Source: Eledone cirrhosa
Taxonomy: Eukaryota
Direction of reading: 5' to 3'
DNA: 64,000 nt
NCBI GenBank assembly: GCA_964016885.1
Contig: OZ024741.1
Coordinates: 157,728,001-157,792,000, forward strand
The notes under the pieces were generated by a model that did not search any database, was not told the origin of the DNA, and saw only the letters and a list, made by a program, of their open reading frames with translations. This document shows positions 10,135 through 23,884 of this stretch, one piece after another. Position 1 is the stretch's first letter. Each line of letters begins with the position of its first letter. Both the position numbers and the translations under genes were made by a program.

Positions 10135-11670
10135 TATTCAAAGAGTTAATTTTTACAGATGGTAGTCATCTTATTCTTGTTGTATGGCTTATGCACAATG
10201 GTTAGAGAGACAGATTAAGATTGATGAGCCAGACTAAGGCGTCATTTGTCGTATTATGGATTAATTCTAGGCCGTCGGGAAAACGTCTAAGGAGGCAATC
10301 CTGAACAACATGCAACACTGTTTGGTCAGGGTTCTCAGTCATGTGCTGCGCTGTCTTTCTTTTCCATCGATGGAGATGATGGGCTGTCCTGGCATGTGTT
10401 GTGTGGATCTGATTATGGGACACCCATTTCTTTCTAGGAAGGTCAAAGCCAACTGGTTTAGATATGGATTCCATGATCTTTGCCACTCTTCCTTCAGATC
10501 AAAGTTATTATTTTGAGTCTTCATTGATTCCCAGAATGGGTTGCGTGATTTCAAGCGCATGTTGGGAAGGTTTTCCATGTCTTCATGGAGAGGAAGGTCG
10601 AGCTTGGATTTGGCAAGAAGTGCTGCCTCGCTGATCATCTGATGCTGTGAAGAGCTATATGAGAAAGAACAGGCAACCACTGAGTAGGTGCAGATTTCAG
10701 TGTGCCAGATACTATTCTCATTGTTGAGTTGTGGATGGTGTCAACTCGCTTGGCATGGCAGCTCCCTGCCTAGACCAATGAACAGTGCTCTGCAACTGAG
10801 TATGCAAGTGCTAAGCATGCAATTCAGAGTGTGTATGCATCAGACCCTGTTTCCTGCTAACTTGTAGATCATATTAATCTTTGTCTTGATCTTTCTGGTA
10901 ACCGTCTTTAGGTGCTCTCGGTAGGTTAGGCTGTGACCCAATGTTACACCAAGATATTTAGAGTGTTGTTAATTCTTGACAGGTCTACCACAGAAGGAGA
11001 TCTTGAATTCTGTCCTAGCTTGTCTGGTACTGAGATGGAAAGCTGTCACAGTGGTCTTGCGTGGGTTGGATCAAAGACACTAGTAGGAGTAGTAGTCCTC
11101 CATCTTCTTCAGGTCTTCTGTGAGTGTAAAATTGGCATGGTCATCTGCAAATTTCCTCAAAATTGTTAAAGAGTATTGGTGCCAGGATGGAACCTTGGGG
11201 AAAGCCATCATTCAGATGACACTCTGAATCTTCTGTTACTGTGTATGGAGGCAAGGATGTTCACAGTTGTCTGGCACTTGATGATATGATAGGCATTCAG
11301 AAGGAGGCTGTATCTCCATACTGTATCATATGCAGAATAGAGGTCAACCTGAGCAGCCCTTGTCTTGAGACCACATTGGTAGCCAGCCTTGATGAAGGTA
11401 GTAAGGGTGAGGACTTGATCAGTGAAACTTTTTGTGATCTGAAGCATACTTGCTCTTTAGGCTAGGTTGGTTCTACTAAAGGGCCAAGCCTAACAAATAG
11501 GAGCTGTTCAAACAGCTTTTAAGAGGTATAGAGGATCTTCTGCAGGTTTCCCGGGTTTCAGCATAGCAATGACCTTGACTTCTCTCCAGCACTTCAGGAT
11601 AACTCCAGTTGACTGTGAAGAGAGAAGCCAGCCAGTCTCAAGCATTTGGACCGAGGTTTTTAAGGTGGTA
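10135..11670 (-). pseudogene. Degenerate non-LTR retrotransposon RT, I/Ingi group (Vingi-like)
   Basis: Fragments DQVLTLTTFI..VDLYSAYDTVW, PQGSILAP, KYLGVT, C-terminal QTVLHVVQDC; many frameshifts. Confidence 0.65.
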
Positions 11671-12233
11671 GTTATTTGTATCATAGCAAATAATCAGAAA
11701 TGTAATCTATACTTAGCACTTAATGTAAATAGTACTAATTCATATTTGTATGAATCATTTTATAGTATGTCCTTTATGGAGTATAAATATAGTGTGTGTG
11801 TGTGTGCGTGTGCGTGCGTGCGTGCAGGCATGGCTGTGTGGTTACTATGGGATTCACTATGCAACTACCTGGTTTCAGGTTCACTCCCATTGTGGCACTA
11901 TGGGTATGTGGTTTCTACTATAACCTCATGTTGACTAAACCTACTAAAATAACTGTATCTACATTTATTGAATAATGAATTATGTTGCTTAATCAACTAA
12001 TTATTTAATTGTCAAAATCCTTTTATCACAGCATGTCCTTACACTGAGACAGAGGGTAATGGTCATTAATAAGTTCACAGCTTGTGATGAAAGTACATTG
12101 ACAATTAATTAGTTAATTGACCAACTGATTGATGATGGATTATCTGAATAATTATAAAAATTGATGGTGTTTTTCTTGTCTTTTGTATATTTCAGCTTGA
12201 TCTCTGAAGTGTTACCAGAGATCTAAAGTCATT

Positions 12234-12252
12234 ATGGCTGGATCAGTAGCAG
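12234..12252 (+). CDS. ITSN1: Intersectin first coding exon (MAGSVA-G); exon starts at 12196 after ttcag acceptor
   Basis: ATG at 12234, donor G|gtaatt at 12253; phase 1 joins the next exon to give [15 protein letters not shown], matching the intersectin N-terminus pattern. Confidence 0.75.
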
Positions 12253-14583
12253 GTAATTAAATTTGATTCTCATATTATCACATTATGGCTGGATCAGTAA
12301 CAGGTCATTTAATTCATATTATCACATTCTTCGATGTGTGGTTCTGGATGATGACAGTCTGAACTGACTCTTCTGTGGAAATTGAGGATTATGGACAATT
12401 TCCAAAATCCTTGGTATGGCATTGCTACAGGGGGGGAGGGCATTGCTAATTTGTGACGGGGACAAAATTGCCAACAACCAAACCTGTCGGAGATGTCTGT
12501 AGGTGGATGAAACCACCCTACATGCTATCGCCTACTCTAACTTTGCTTTTCTTAGCAGGAGGAAAGAAACCTGGAGAGGGTACTTTCAATGAGGCAACAG
12601 AGTAATCTGGGTTTTTTGTAGAGGGTTTTTCTTGGAATTACCCTAGGGTGCCTTCTTCTATTGGGAGACTTATTCATATTGACAGAATTATGATCAAAGG
12701 TCATTTCATCCTTAACTGTATTGTCTTTTCTTCAGGAGTTAAGTACCTTGGACAAGATTATCCATTGCATCCTTTCATAAAATGGTGTGGTTTAAGAAAT
12801 ATTTGGCTATTTTTTGCAGGTCAAGCAAATGCAGAGAAGTTTCCCTCATTGACTCATTAGAGGGGCGGTTGTTGTGAGATATATAGTGGTTGTGAGATAT
12901 ATGGTAGGTGTTAGACGTGTGGCAGTTGTAAGGCATACGGGGGTTGTGAGATGTACAGTTGGTAGGTGAAGTTGCTGGGATATTACATTTTTTGTGTTTA
13001 AACCTAAACCAATGGCTACTACAGTGGCAGTTGCTTATTGTAATCACTTTGGGATGGAGCCATTTAGATAATAACAAGCTAACAACATTAAGCAGAGAAT
13101 ATAACAGACTTATTAATTTTGTTAATAACTGTATGATAATGTTTTTCGTGATTACAATAAGCAGCTTTCACTTTATTTCTAGTCAAAGCACATAATCTAT
13201 CATCATTATGATTATTTTTACGTCTGTTTTTCCATTCTTGCACAAGTTAGACAGGTCCTCTCCAGTACAGCATCTTTCCAGTTGTCTCTTTCCTTTGTCA
13301 TCTCCTTTGTGAGATGTAGTTTCTTGAGGCTAGCTTTCAGCACTTCTGTCCATGTCTTTCATGGTCTACCTTCTATTTGTAACATCTAGCACATCTCCCA
13401 GTGTTCACCATTCACATACATTACATATCCTTACTAGTGCAATCTTCTCTCTTGTACGCTATTCCTGATAACTCTTATGCTCAGTTTTTCTCTCGGCTCT
13501 TCATGCACCCTGATATTACCCACCCATTGGAGTATGCCCAATTAATTTTTCTCAAACCTTCAGATATTGATACCACACATGTCTCGCTACCATACATGTG
13601 TTAGTCAACTGAGGTAAAAATGGATATGAACCAACCACCCTTTCCCTACTGAGTGAATAGTTAGTTGATTTACTGTGAAAAGTATCCAGTTGCAAACTTC
13701 TCAAATCACATGTAATTCTTTAATAGTTTCAATGGAATTTTGCTGTGTCAGGTCGTCAGGTCACAGTCTGTTAAAAGTGGGGCAGACAGGCGGTATTTCA
13801 AAATGCCTTTATAAAGTATGCGTAAATTTCTAGTGAAGATGAAATGGAGATTGAGATCTTCATATTTTCCCCAAAAGAATTTACTGTGTAATTCACTTTA
13901 CTTTTTTTCATTCTTTTCACTAGCTTCACTCATTAGCCTGTGGTCAATAATAGGCACTTATTTTTCAAGTCTCATACTTATTTCATTGATTTAATTTTTG
14001 CTGTCCCAGTAAGTTATGGGACATAAACATGAAAGTGACTGGGTGAGAGGATGATGGGATTAAAGTTAATGAAATTAGTGATGGATGTTATGAAGAGGAA
14101 TGAGATGGTTGGGTCATGTTGAGGAAGGATGAAAGTGACTAGGTGAGAGGAATAGAATCAGTAATGGATAATACAGAGAGAAATGGAATGAGATTGTCGA
14201 ATAATGGTGGTTCTAATTTATCCATCAATTTCTTGACAGACACTCTGACTCTTCTATTTTGTTATAGAATATATTTCTGTACAGAGATTGATCTGGTGGT
14301 GTTGATGGTGGTGGTGGTTGTGGTGGGGCTGGAGTGATACTGATAATTCTAATTTATCCAACAATTCTTTGACAGACACTGAGTCTTCAAGCTTGTTATC
14401 AGATATATTTCTGTATAGAAATTGATTTGATTAATTCATTGGGCAAACAATAAACATTACAGAAAGGAATTGATGTCCATTCAGCTAAAAAAAAAATATA
14501 GTACCAGCAACAACAGTAGGGGGTTAACCCTTGTAAGGGGCTGGTGTCTGGTCAACCGGGGACTCTTTTTATGATAGGACTGG

Positions 14584-14788
14584 AGCATTTACATTAATCT
14601 ATATTTACTATTATATTTTCATGGTAAAGGCCTTAGCTTACATAATTATCTAACATAATATCGAATCTATGAGATTGGGATGTTGTTTATTTTGAGAACA
14701 ATACCATAACATCAGTATGAGCAACCAGTTTGAACAGAAAGAAGTGAGAGAATTCTGGCTGGATACGACCAGTTTAAATGCTAAAGGG
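14584..14788. mobile_element. Partial copy of the TTAA-flanked MITE family
   Basis: Homologous to 34415-34617; right end gctaaaggg-ttaa present, left end missing. Confidence 0.65.
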
Positions 14789-15198
14789 TTAAGACACGAG
14801 AAGCCTTATGTGAGCTGTAACCTTCTATGAAGCCAGCTGAAAACTATGTAGGTGTGAGCTGTAACATGATAGGACTGAGATCCGTATCATTAAAATACCC
14901 AAGAAACCTTTCATGAGGTTATATCTTATAGGAGGCCAGCAAAACCTACATAGATGTTAGCTATAGCACAACCAGCTGTAGCTGGGGTTAACTCCTACAA
15001 CAGACTGATGGTAGGGAGTCTTTTCGTGATAGGACTAGGGGCTATCATTAAAACACATGAAAAACTGTATAGGCAAAATGGAGGTGTCATGTGGCCTTAA
15101 AACACTTCTTGTTTGGTGTATTTAGTCATTTTTTCGTTAATGTATTTGTGTCTGGCAAAGAAAGTTAAAACTAACCAAAGGTGTTCTATCTCTTCTAG

Positions 15199-15291
15199 GT
15201 GGATCTGATGTATGGCGCATTACTGGTGAGGAAAGAGGAAAACATGATGCTCAATTCTTCCAACTGAAACCTATTAATGGCTTTATTACAG
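15199..15291 (+). CDS. ITSN1: Intersectin exon, EH1 start ([30 protein letters not shown])
   Basis: ttctag acceptor, G|gtaac donor; close to human ITSN1 [27 protein letters not shown]. Confidence 0.95.
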
Positions 15292-15410
15292 GTAACATTC
15301 TGATATCTCTCTCTCATGTACAGACATACACACACACATACACGTGTGCATGCTTGATGTTTACAAGTAAGATTCTGATCTCTCTAATATATATATATAT
15401 ATATATATAT

Positions 15411-15945
15411 ATCATCATCATCATTGTTTAACGTCTATCTTCCATGCTAGCATGGGTTAGACGGGAGTTGTCCCAATTTGAAGCAAGATTGGTCGGGTGA
15501 CCATGTCTGGCTCGTACAGAACTGTTTCTGGCAGGTTTTCTACGGCTGGATGCCCTTCCTAACACCTCATATTTACAGTGTGGACTGGGGACCTTTTGCC
15601 GTGTTACCTACACGGCCACATTACAGCGTGGACTGTGTTTTTTTGTCATGACGCCCACACGATCTCGATCTCATTATCTCATTAATTTGGACTGGATGTT
15701 GTGGTACCAACTTTACAGAGAAAGGGTGGTGTTGGTGGGAGGATGGAGTAGGGGAAGTGGGTTGGGGGGGTGTATATTTGGTTAAGAGGTGCCTACTGAC
15801 TGTAGGTTTCGCTTTGTACATAGGCAAGGTGGGTCTTCTGGATTACTGCGTGGCGCCAAAGATCTCGGTCCAGTGACATAGTCTTAGAGAGGTGCAAGTG
15901 TGTAAGGTCGGAATTTATCAAATCATCCCAGGTTTTTCTGGGTCT
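15411..15945 (-). mobile_element. RTE 3' fragment (minus strand)
   Basis: (ATC)n tail at 15411; reverse complement of the 16710-17220 type sequence. Confidence 0.9.
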
Positions 15946-17220
15946 GAATCAATGGCTGAACTAGAGAAGAAATTCCAAACATGGAAGCATGGCCTAGAAT
16001 CAAAAGGCCTTAAAGTTAACTTGTCTAAGACTAAAGTCCTAATATGTAGGAAGGGAAATGGCCATGCTCAGTGTGTAGGAAAGGAGTAGGCAGAAATTTC
16101 ATTTTATGTCCCAAATGCAAACTGTAATGGGATCACAGGTAAGCTATCCAAGAATATAGATTTTATATGTAGCCGGTGCTCTGGTGCAATAAGTAGCAAC
16201 AAATGCCCACAGAATACTAGCTCATTCCATTGCCCAGATGGTTCTATAGAAATAGTGGACACCTTCCATTAACTGGGTGACAAAATCAGCAGTGGTGGAG
16301 GGTGCTCCGAAAGTACTGTAGCTAGAGTCCGAACAGGATGGAAAAAGTTCAGAGAGCTTATACCACTATTAGCTGCTAAAGGTTTCTCTCTAAAAATAAA
16401 AGGCAGGCTGTATGATGCCTGCATACGAACAGCGATGTTACATGGCAGTGAGACCTGGGCCTTGTGTGCAGAGAATCTACGCAGACTGGAGAGGAACGAA
16501 GCTTGCATGCTCCGTTGGATGTGTAATAGTAATATACGCGAACAGCAAAGCATAAATGAACTACGTGAGAAATTAGGAATAAGAGGGATCAGATGCTGTT
16601 TACTCGAGAGAAGACTACGTTGGTATGGTCACGTGATGCGCATGAAAGATGACAGCTGTATAAAAAAGTGCAGCGCGATCAAAATAGACGGTAGCCACGG
16701 AGTAGGCAGACCCAGAAAAACCTGGGACGACTTGATAAAATCCGACCTCACACGTTTACACCTCTCCAAGACAATGTCACTGGACTCAGATCTTTGGCGT
16801 AACGTAGTAATACAGAAGACCCGCCTTGCCTAAGTACAAAGCGAAACCTACAGTCAGTAGGCACCTCTTAACCAAAATACACCCCCGTCCCACTAACCCT
16901 ACCCCCACCGCCATCTACACCACTCCTTTCTCTGTAAAGTTATGTTGGTGCCACAACATCCAGTCCTAAATAAATGAGGTTGTGTAGGTGTCACGACAAA
17001 AAAACACACGGTCCACGCTGTAATGTGGCCGTATAGGTAACACGGTAAAAACTTCCCAGTCCACACTGTAAACGTGGTTGGTGTTAAGAAGGGCATCCAG
17101 CCGTAGAAAACCTGCCAGACAGTCCTGAGCAAGACAACCAATCTTGCCTCAAGTGGGACAATTCCCGTCCAGACCCATGCTAGCGTGGAAAATGGACGTT
17201 AAACGATGATGATGATGATA
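15944..17220 (+). mobile_element. 5'-truncated RTE copy
   Basis: ORF fragments ESMAELEKKFQTWK and MLHGSETW...; 3' UTR and (GAT)n tail. Confidence 0.92.
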
Positions 17221-17244
17221 CACATACATACATACACATGCACA

Positions 17245-17323
17245 CAGGGTGTCCATAAATTATCTTAACTTTAATAGATACAATAAACAGTGGAAGTTGT
17301 AAAGACAATTTATGGACACCCTA
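17245..17323. mobile_element. Tiny Tc1/mariner-type MITE
   Basis: TIRs cagggtgtccataaatt / aatttatggacaccct. Confidence 0.65.
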
Positions 17324-17349
17324 TATACACACTCACACACATACTTCAT

Positions 17350-18280
17350 CACAACCATTTTATGTCTGCTTTTCTATGCTTGCATGGGTTGGATGGGTCT
17401 TTTACTGCACAGCTTATCTCCATTGTGTTTCTTTGTCATTTCTGTGAGCTTCAGGAATATGAGATGAGCTCTCACCACCTCCACCCAGGTCTTTTTTGAT
17501 CTTTCTCTATTGCAGCTCCCTTTCACTGAGATTTTGTGGCACTTCTTCACCCAACAATCATTATCCATGCACATAACATGTCCTTACCATAGCAGTCTTC
17601 TTTTTTGAACACTACATCTGATTCAGCTTATACCCAGTTTTTTTCTCAGTTTATCCATGCTTTGTTGTTTGCACAGGTTAATATTACACATCCATACTCG
17701 CTTTATTTCTCTCCAGCCTTTGCATATCCTCTGCATTCACTGCCCATATCTCACTACAGTCAGTCTTTTATTCATAGAGAGAAACCTTTTACTATCAACA
17801 GAAGTTTGAGTTCCCTGAACTTTTTCAATCCAGTTCTTATTTTAGCTACTATGCTCTTGGAGCACCCTCCTCCACTGGTAATTAGATCACATAGGTAGCA
17901 GAAGCTATCAATTACTTCTTGAGATTGGAAAAGGTTTATTTCACTGATGCTCTGACTACCAACTATCTCTGTACATCTAGTACATACAGGGTCTACCTTT
18001 CTTATTAGTCTGCTAGCTATCCCACTACACCTCTTGTGTACCCAAGATTTACATTGTGCATATCATATGGAGTTTCTGCCTACTTCTTTTCTACATATGA
18101 AGCAAAGCCATTTCCATGGTGAGTTCAGGGTCTTGTCTTCTTCCCTACTTACTAAAACTTTGGTTTTTGCCAAGTTTACTCAGAGCTGGTTTGATTTTAA
18201 TTTCTGCTTCTACAGCCAGTATTTCTTCTCTAGTTCTACCACAGATTCAGCTATAAGAACCAGATCATCAGCATAGAGAT
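17350..18280 (-). mobile_element. Older RTE family, degenerate 3' half
   Basis: Reverse strand shows YADDLV, PHD-like and WVKKC...KTW motifs. Confidence 0.75.
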
Positions 18281-18764
18281 GTGTTCATATACATGTATAC
18301 ATATGTGTTGGTGACATGACAAAAAGCAACCAGTCTACACTGTAAAGTGGTCATGTTGGTGACATGACAAAAAGCACCCAGTACTCGCAGTGAATGAGGT
18401 TGGCATTATGAAGGGTATCTAACTGTAGAAACCAAGCCAAAATCGGTTCTGTATGTGAAAGACATGGTCACCTGACCTAGCATTACCCACAACAGGACAA
18501 CTCGTCTAACCCATGGTAGCATGGAAAAATTGACGTAAAACGGTGATGATGATATGTATACATATACATACTTATCAAGTCGCTGATCCTCATGTCCTGT
18601 GATGTGAGGATCAGAGATATGAGTGTTCTGTCTTGTTTAATATCAAACTGATATTTGGTAACTTTTCATACTCCCATAGACTCTGTCATCAATTATGGGA
18701 CATTAAAACAATATCTAAAGATATTAAGTAATACAGTAATACAGATATTAATTAATACAGAATG

Positions 18765-20592
18765 GGGTCATACCAAATGACTGGCATAGTAGCATCATCG
18801 TTAATTGTTACAAGGGCAAAGGAGATGCTCTAGATAGAGAGAACTGTAGAAGCATTAAGTTAGTTGACCAGGTCATGAAGGTCACAGAAAGAGTTATTGC
18901 ACAATTAATTAGAGACCAAATTGATCTAAATGCAAGCGTGGAACACGGACGTTAAACGATGATGATGATGAAATGCAGTTTGGGTTTGTGCCAGATAAAA
19001 GTACCACGGATGCTCTTACCTAGCTAAAAGTAAACCCCTCTACTTAGCTTTTGTTGACTTGGAGAAAGCCTTTGACAGAGTCCTCCGCTGTTGAGGAATG
19101 GCTTGTGAGAGCTATACAAGCCATGTATAGTGGAACAGTCAGCAAGGTTAGAATTAACAATGAATATAGTGAATTTAGCATAAAAGTTGGTGTTCATCAA
19201 GGCTCTGTCCTTAGCTCCCTCCTGTTTATTATTGCCCTACAGGCTATTACAGAAGTGTTTAAGACCGGCTGCTCATGGGAACTTTTATATGCAGATGATT
19301 TAACTCTCATAGCTGAACTAGAGAAGAAATTCCAAACATGGAAGCATGGCCTAGAATCAAAAGGCCTTAAAGTTAACTTGTCTAGACTAAAGTTCTAGTA
19401 TGTAGAAAGGATAATAGAGCACAAGTGCCCTCTGGGAAATGGCCATGCTCAGTGTGTAGGAAAGGAGTAGGTAGAAATTCCATTCTATGCCTTAAATGCA
19501 AACATAAAAGATGTAGTGGGATCACAGGCAAGCTATCTAAGAATGTAGATTTTATATGTGGTCAATGCTCAGGTGCAATAAGTAGCCAGTGCCCACAGGA
19601 TACTAGCTCCTTCAACTGCCCAGATGGTTCTAGAGAAATAGTAGACACTTTCTGTTACTTGGGTGACAAAATCAGCAGTGGTGGAGGGTGCTCTGAAAGT
19701 GCAGTAGCTAAAGTTAGAATAGGATGGAAAACGTTCAGTGAGCTAATACTACTGTTTCTCTCTAAAAATGAAAGGCAGATTATATGATGCTTGTATATGA
19801 ACAGCAATGTTACATGGCAGTGAGACCTGGGCATTGTGTGCAGAGGACCTGCGCAGATTGGAAAGAAACAAAGCATGCATGCTCCGTTGGATGTGTAATA
19901 GTAATATACACGAATGGCAAAACATAAACAAACTAAGAAATTAGGAATAAGAGGGATCAGATGCTGTTTACTTGAGATTATGTTGGTATGGTCATGTGAT
20001 GCGCATGGAAGACGACAGCTGTATAAAAAAGTGCAAGGCGATCAAAATTGATGGAAGTTACGGAGTAGGTTGACCCAGAAAAACCTGGGATGACCTGATA
20101 AAATCTGACCTTCCACACTTACACCTCTCTAAGACAATGTCACTGGATCAACACCTTAGGCGCTACTCAGTAATACAGAAGACCCGCCTTCTCTACGTAC
20201 AAAGTTAAACCTAAAGTCAGTGGGCACCTCGTAACCAAATATACATCCCAACCCACTACCCCTACTCCATCCTCCCACTCTCACCAACACCACCCTTCTC
20301 TGTAAAGTTATGTTGGTACCACACAACATCCAGTCCAAACTAAAAAGGTGTAGGTGTCACGACAAAAAGCACCCAATCCACACTGTAAAGTGGTCGTCTA
20401 GGAGACACTGTAAAAAGGCTCCCAGTCCACACTGTAAATGTGGTTGGTGTTAGGAAGGGCATCCAGCCATAGAAAACCTGCCAGATACAGTCCTATATGA
20501 GCGAGACACGGTCACCCGATTCAATCTTGCCTCAAGTGAAACAATTCCCGTCTAACCCATGCTAGCGTGGAAGATAGACGTTAAATGATGAT
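18765..20592 (+). mobile_element. 5'-truncated degenerate RTE copy
   Basis: ORFs 19051-19398 and 19425-19787 (YADD, PHD); 3' UTR and tail. Confidence 0.9.
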
Positions 20593-21273
20593 CATGATTT
20601 TATGATAAGATCGTTGGAATGGAACTTATTTAAGTGAGAAATTAATTTAATGACTGATACATTTAACAAACATGTTCATGGCACAGAACCTAGTCATTTA
20701 TCATTAAAATGTAAGATTATATCGGAGAAAAATAATTTCAGACAATTTGACAATTAATTAATTAATTAGTTCGTTGTTGAACAGAAACTAAACCTTTTAA
20801 ACACCAACCCAGCCCAAAACCACCTCTATTAAAGTGTTCAAATTTAAATTCAAATCTTGGACTGAAATCTCATTCTTACATGGTAGATATCAAATTTCAG
20901 GTTTTTGGAACAAAATCTGGTTGAGTGAGTGGTGGCTATATTTAACAAAACATCTCTGTATTTAATGATAGAAAACATTATGCTGCTTGAAAACTATTTA
21001 ATTAATTAACCTTTTGTTACCATATTTCTAATGACATATACTATTTCAATTAAGAATTTTGAGGGATATACTAAAATTATTTCCTTATGATAGTTTTTGT
21101 AACAAATGGTTCTTATATAAAATTATGTTGGAAGATTTTAATTTAAACTAGACCACCCGAGGCCCATTAGGTCATGTTCACTTCAAAATATTTTTAAATA
21201 ATCATGTTCACTTAAAAATAATTTTTAAATAAAACATACACAGACATATAATGTGAAATGAAACTGTAAGGCC

Positions 21274-21304
<31 letters not shown>

Positions 21305-21311
21305 ATCATTA

Positions 21312-22246
21312 TCTATAAAAGGCAGATTGTTGTGTGTGTGTGTTTTCCATGTTTATACATTTGCACAATTTCAAACCGATTCGACTCAGTCTGTATGAAT
21401 GTTGTATATGGTCTAACTTAGGTCAACGACTATTTATTTTTTTCCAACTCGCCCACAATTACGGAAATAATCAATTAAACTAAATACTTGACGCTTTACC
21501 CCTCTAATACAATCTGCTTCCTCTCTCTACTCCCCTTAAATTCGATAAAACTCCATACATGCTGCAACTTTCTCCTATATACGCTTAAACTTACAAACTT
21601 CCTTTAGGAACTCGGAAGAGAGAGAGAAATGAGAGAGAGAGAGAGAGAATGTTTGTTTTTGAGTGTGGAACGGTCAAACATTTATTTACTTCAATGACAA
21701 CGAAGAGAACTTATTACATTTCATACCAAACGACAATTATTCAAAAGCAACAGATAAATTTATTCAACAAAATAAATAATAGCGATAAATCTTTTTTAAA
21801 ACATCTCTCAATGAACGTGGAAGAAAGAAGTATCAGTTTATTTACTATACACAATAATATCCTCTATAAGGTCACTAAACTTGTTAGAAACGGCAGCTAA
21901 CTCTCCCCCATATCACACCCCTCCCTACTGTCTTAAATTTAGAAAACACACATTAGACAACCATGCAGAACAACTCCATCGCAGCTCTGTTGTTCGGCTG
22001 GCATCGTCTACGCGCGTATTGCACAAGTACTGTGAAACAATAAATTTCAAGACTTCTTTGCACAGAGATAATATCCATAGGTGAAACTACAATTGTCACT
22101 GCTGGCGCAGCTCCTGCTTCGGCAATCCAGGTCTGCAATTCATTCACCCAGTGCCTGGCAGACAAAAACGTGCTGCCATAAAATGGGTGGTGCAACCTAA
22201 CTTTGGTAACTTACTGACCCCGAGCAACGCCGGGCTTTAATGCTAG
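21312..22246 (+). mobile_element. Non-autonomous Helitron
   Basis: 5' a|TCtataaaa; 3' GC hairpin cccgagcaacgccggg followed by CTAG|t; no TSD. Confidence 0.65.
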
Positions 22247-22824
22247 TGTATATATATAAATGTGTGTGCTTGTATACATATATATATGTATGTGTGTGTA
22301 TATATATATATGATATATATATATGTGGATGTCTGTGATCTATATACACTGGTCATAGACATACACACACATATATACACAACACCACCACCAGCTCTCT
22401 TCCATTCTCTGTCTCCTCTCCCTCTCTCTATGTCTCTCTTTCAATCTACTCTGTCACAACCACTATCTCTTTCTCTCTATCCTTCTCTCTCTTTGTTTAT
22501 GAAGGTACCCGGAAAAACCCCATATTTTGGGAATCCGTGGTCCGATTTATGCGAAACTTGTTTTATTCCATTTGTATTTCCATTTCGGGGTCAACTTCCT
22601 TTCAAAGTATTTTCCTATTATGCGCCATTTTGGCTGTATTACAGACAAGCAATCAATCACAAGAGTTTTAGTATTATATAGAAACCCTTTAAAGTTGGTG
22701 GTTTTGTTTGATAGAACCTGAGCCGGGATTGGTCAGGTTGGTATTAAATGCTTATTAGATAAATGAAATGTTTTACTGAAATCTGAAAAAAATGGTAACA
22801 TTATTGTACATGACCTCTTTTCAG

Positions 22825-22888
22825 GGGAGCAAGCCAAAGGTTTCTTTATGCAATCAGGACTCCCAACTGCTGTATTGGGTCAGATATG
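22825..22888 (+). CDS. ITSN1: Intersectin exon, EH1 (EQAKGFFMQSGLPTAVLGQIW)
   Basis: tttcag acceptor, gtgagt donor; EH motif SGLP..L.QIW. Confidence 0.95.
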
Positions 22889-23884
22889 GTGAGTAAGAAT
22901 TTGAGTAAATTTCTCTTTGACACAGGAAACTGACTGAAAAATATCTTCACAAAATATTTAAAAATTGACTTTTAACATTATGTAATGATTTAACAGAAAA
23001 CATCTAAATAGTTTTGTTAGTATGAATGTTTATAGAGGTTTGAAATGCCTGTAACTAGAAGTTATTTGGGTTATAACTGATGAAAATAAACTAGTGCCAA
23101 CTTGACTGGGCTGGGCAATCCCACCCCCAGGGCAGGTGAGGTCACTTACAATAGCTGTCACATGAAACATAACAGTTGCATATCACATGGGGGAAGCTTC
23201 CCAGTGATTTGTGGAATTTTCCATTTGTAGTGTGAGTCATTTGAGCACTAGATGAACTATAAGACTTTGGAGAAAGGGTCCTTAGCTTGTTTTTATTAGT
23301 GGATAGATCATTATGAAAATTTGCATAAACACATACATGTAAAGATGGACATGCATACACACACAATAGACTTCTGCAGTTTCTGTCTATCAAATTCTAC
23401 TTAAAGCATTGGTTAACCTTATGCTGGAGTAGAAGGCACTTGCCTAAAGTGCTATACAGTGGGACTGAACCCTAAACAACATAGGCACAGCCATACCAGT
23501 GCCTGTGTGTGTTTGTTTTTGTATCTCCCTCCCTTTACTCCTTTCTCTCTGATAAACATAGAATAAGAATGACTTTATCTCTAACAAAGTAATGGTATGT
23601 AGCCTAGTGGTTTTGGTATTTAACTCATGATCATCAGGTCATGGGTTTGATTCCTGGACCTGGTGGTGTGTTATGTTCTTGAGCAAGACACTTCATTTCA
23701 CAAGGATTTACATGATATGACTGGGGCCCCTATCATTAAAACAACCGAGAAACCTATGGGATGTTATATTGTAAGAAGCCAGCTATACCTACATAGGTGC
23801 AATTAGCTGTAGATTTCACATATCCAGATACTAATTATGTGACTTCTAGTTTTTGCTGTAAATGTTTCTTCTCTCCTCCCCTAG

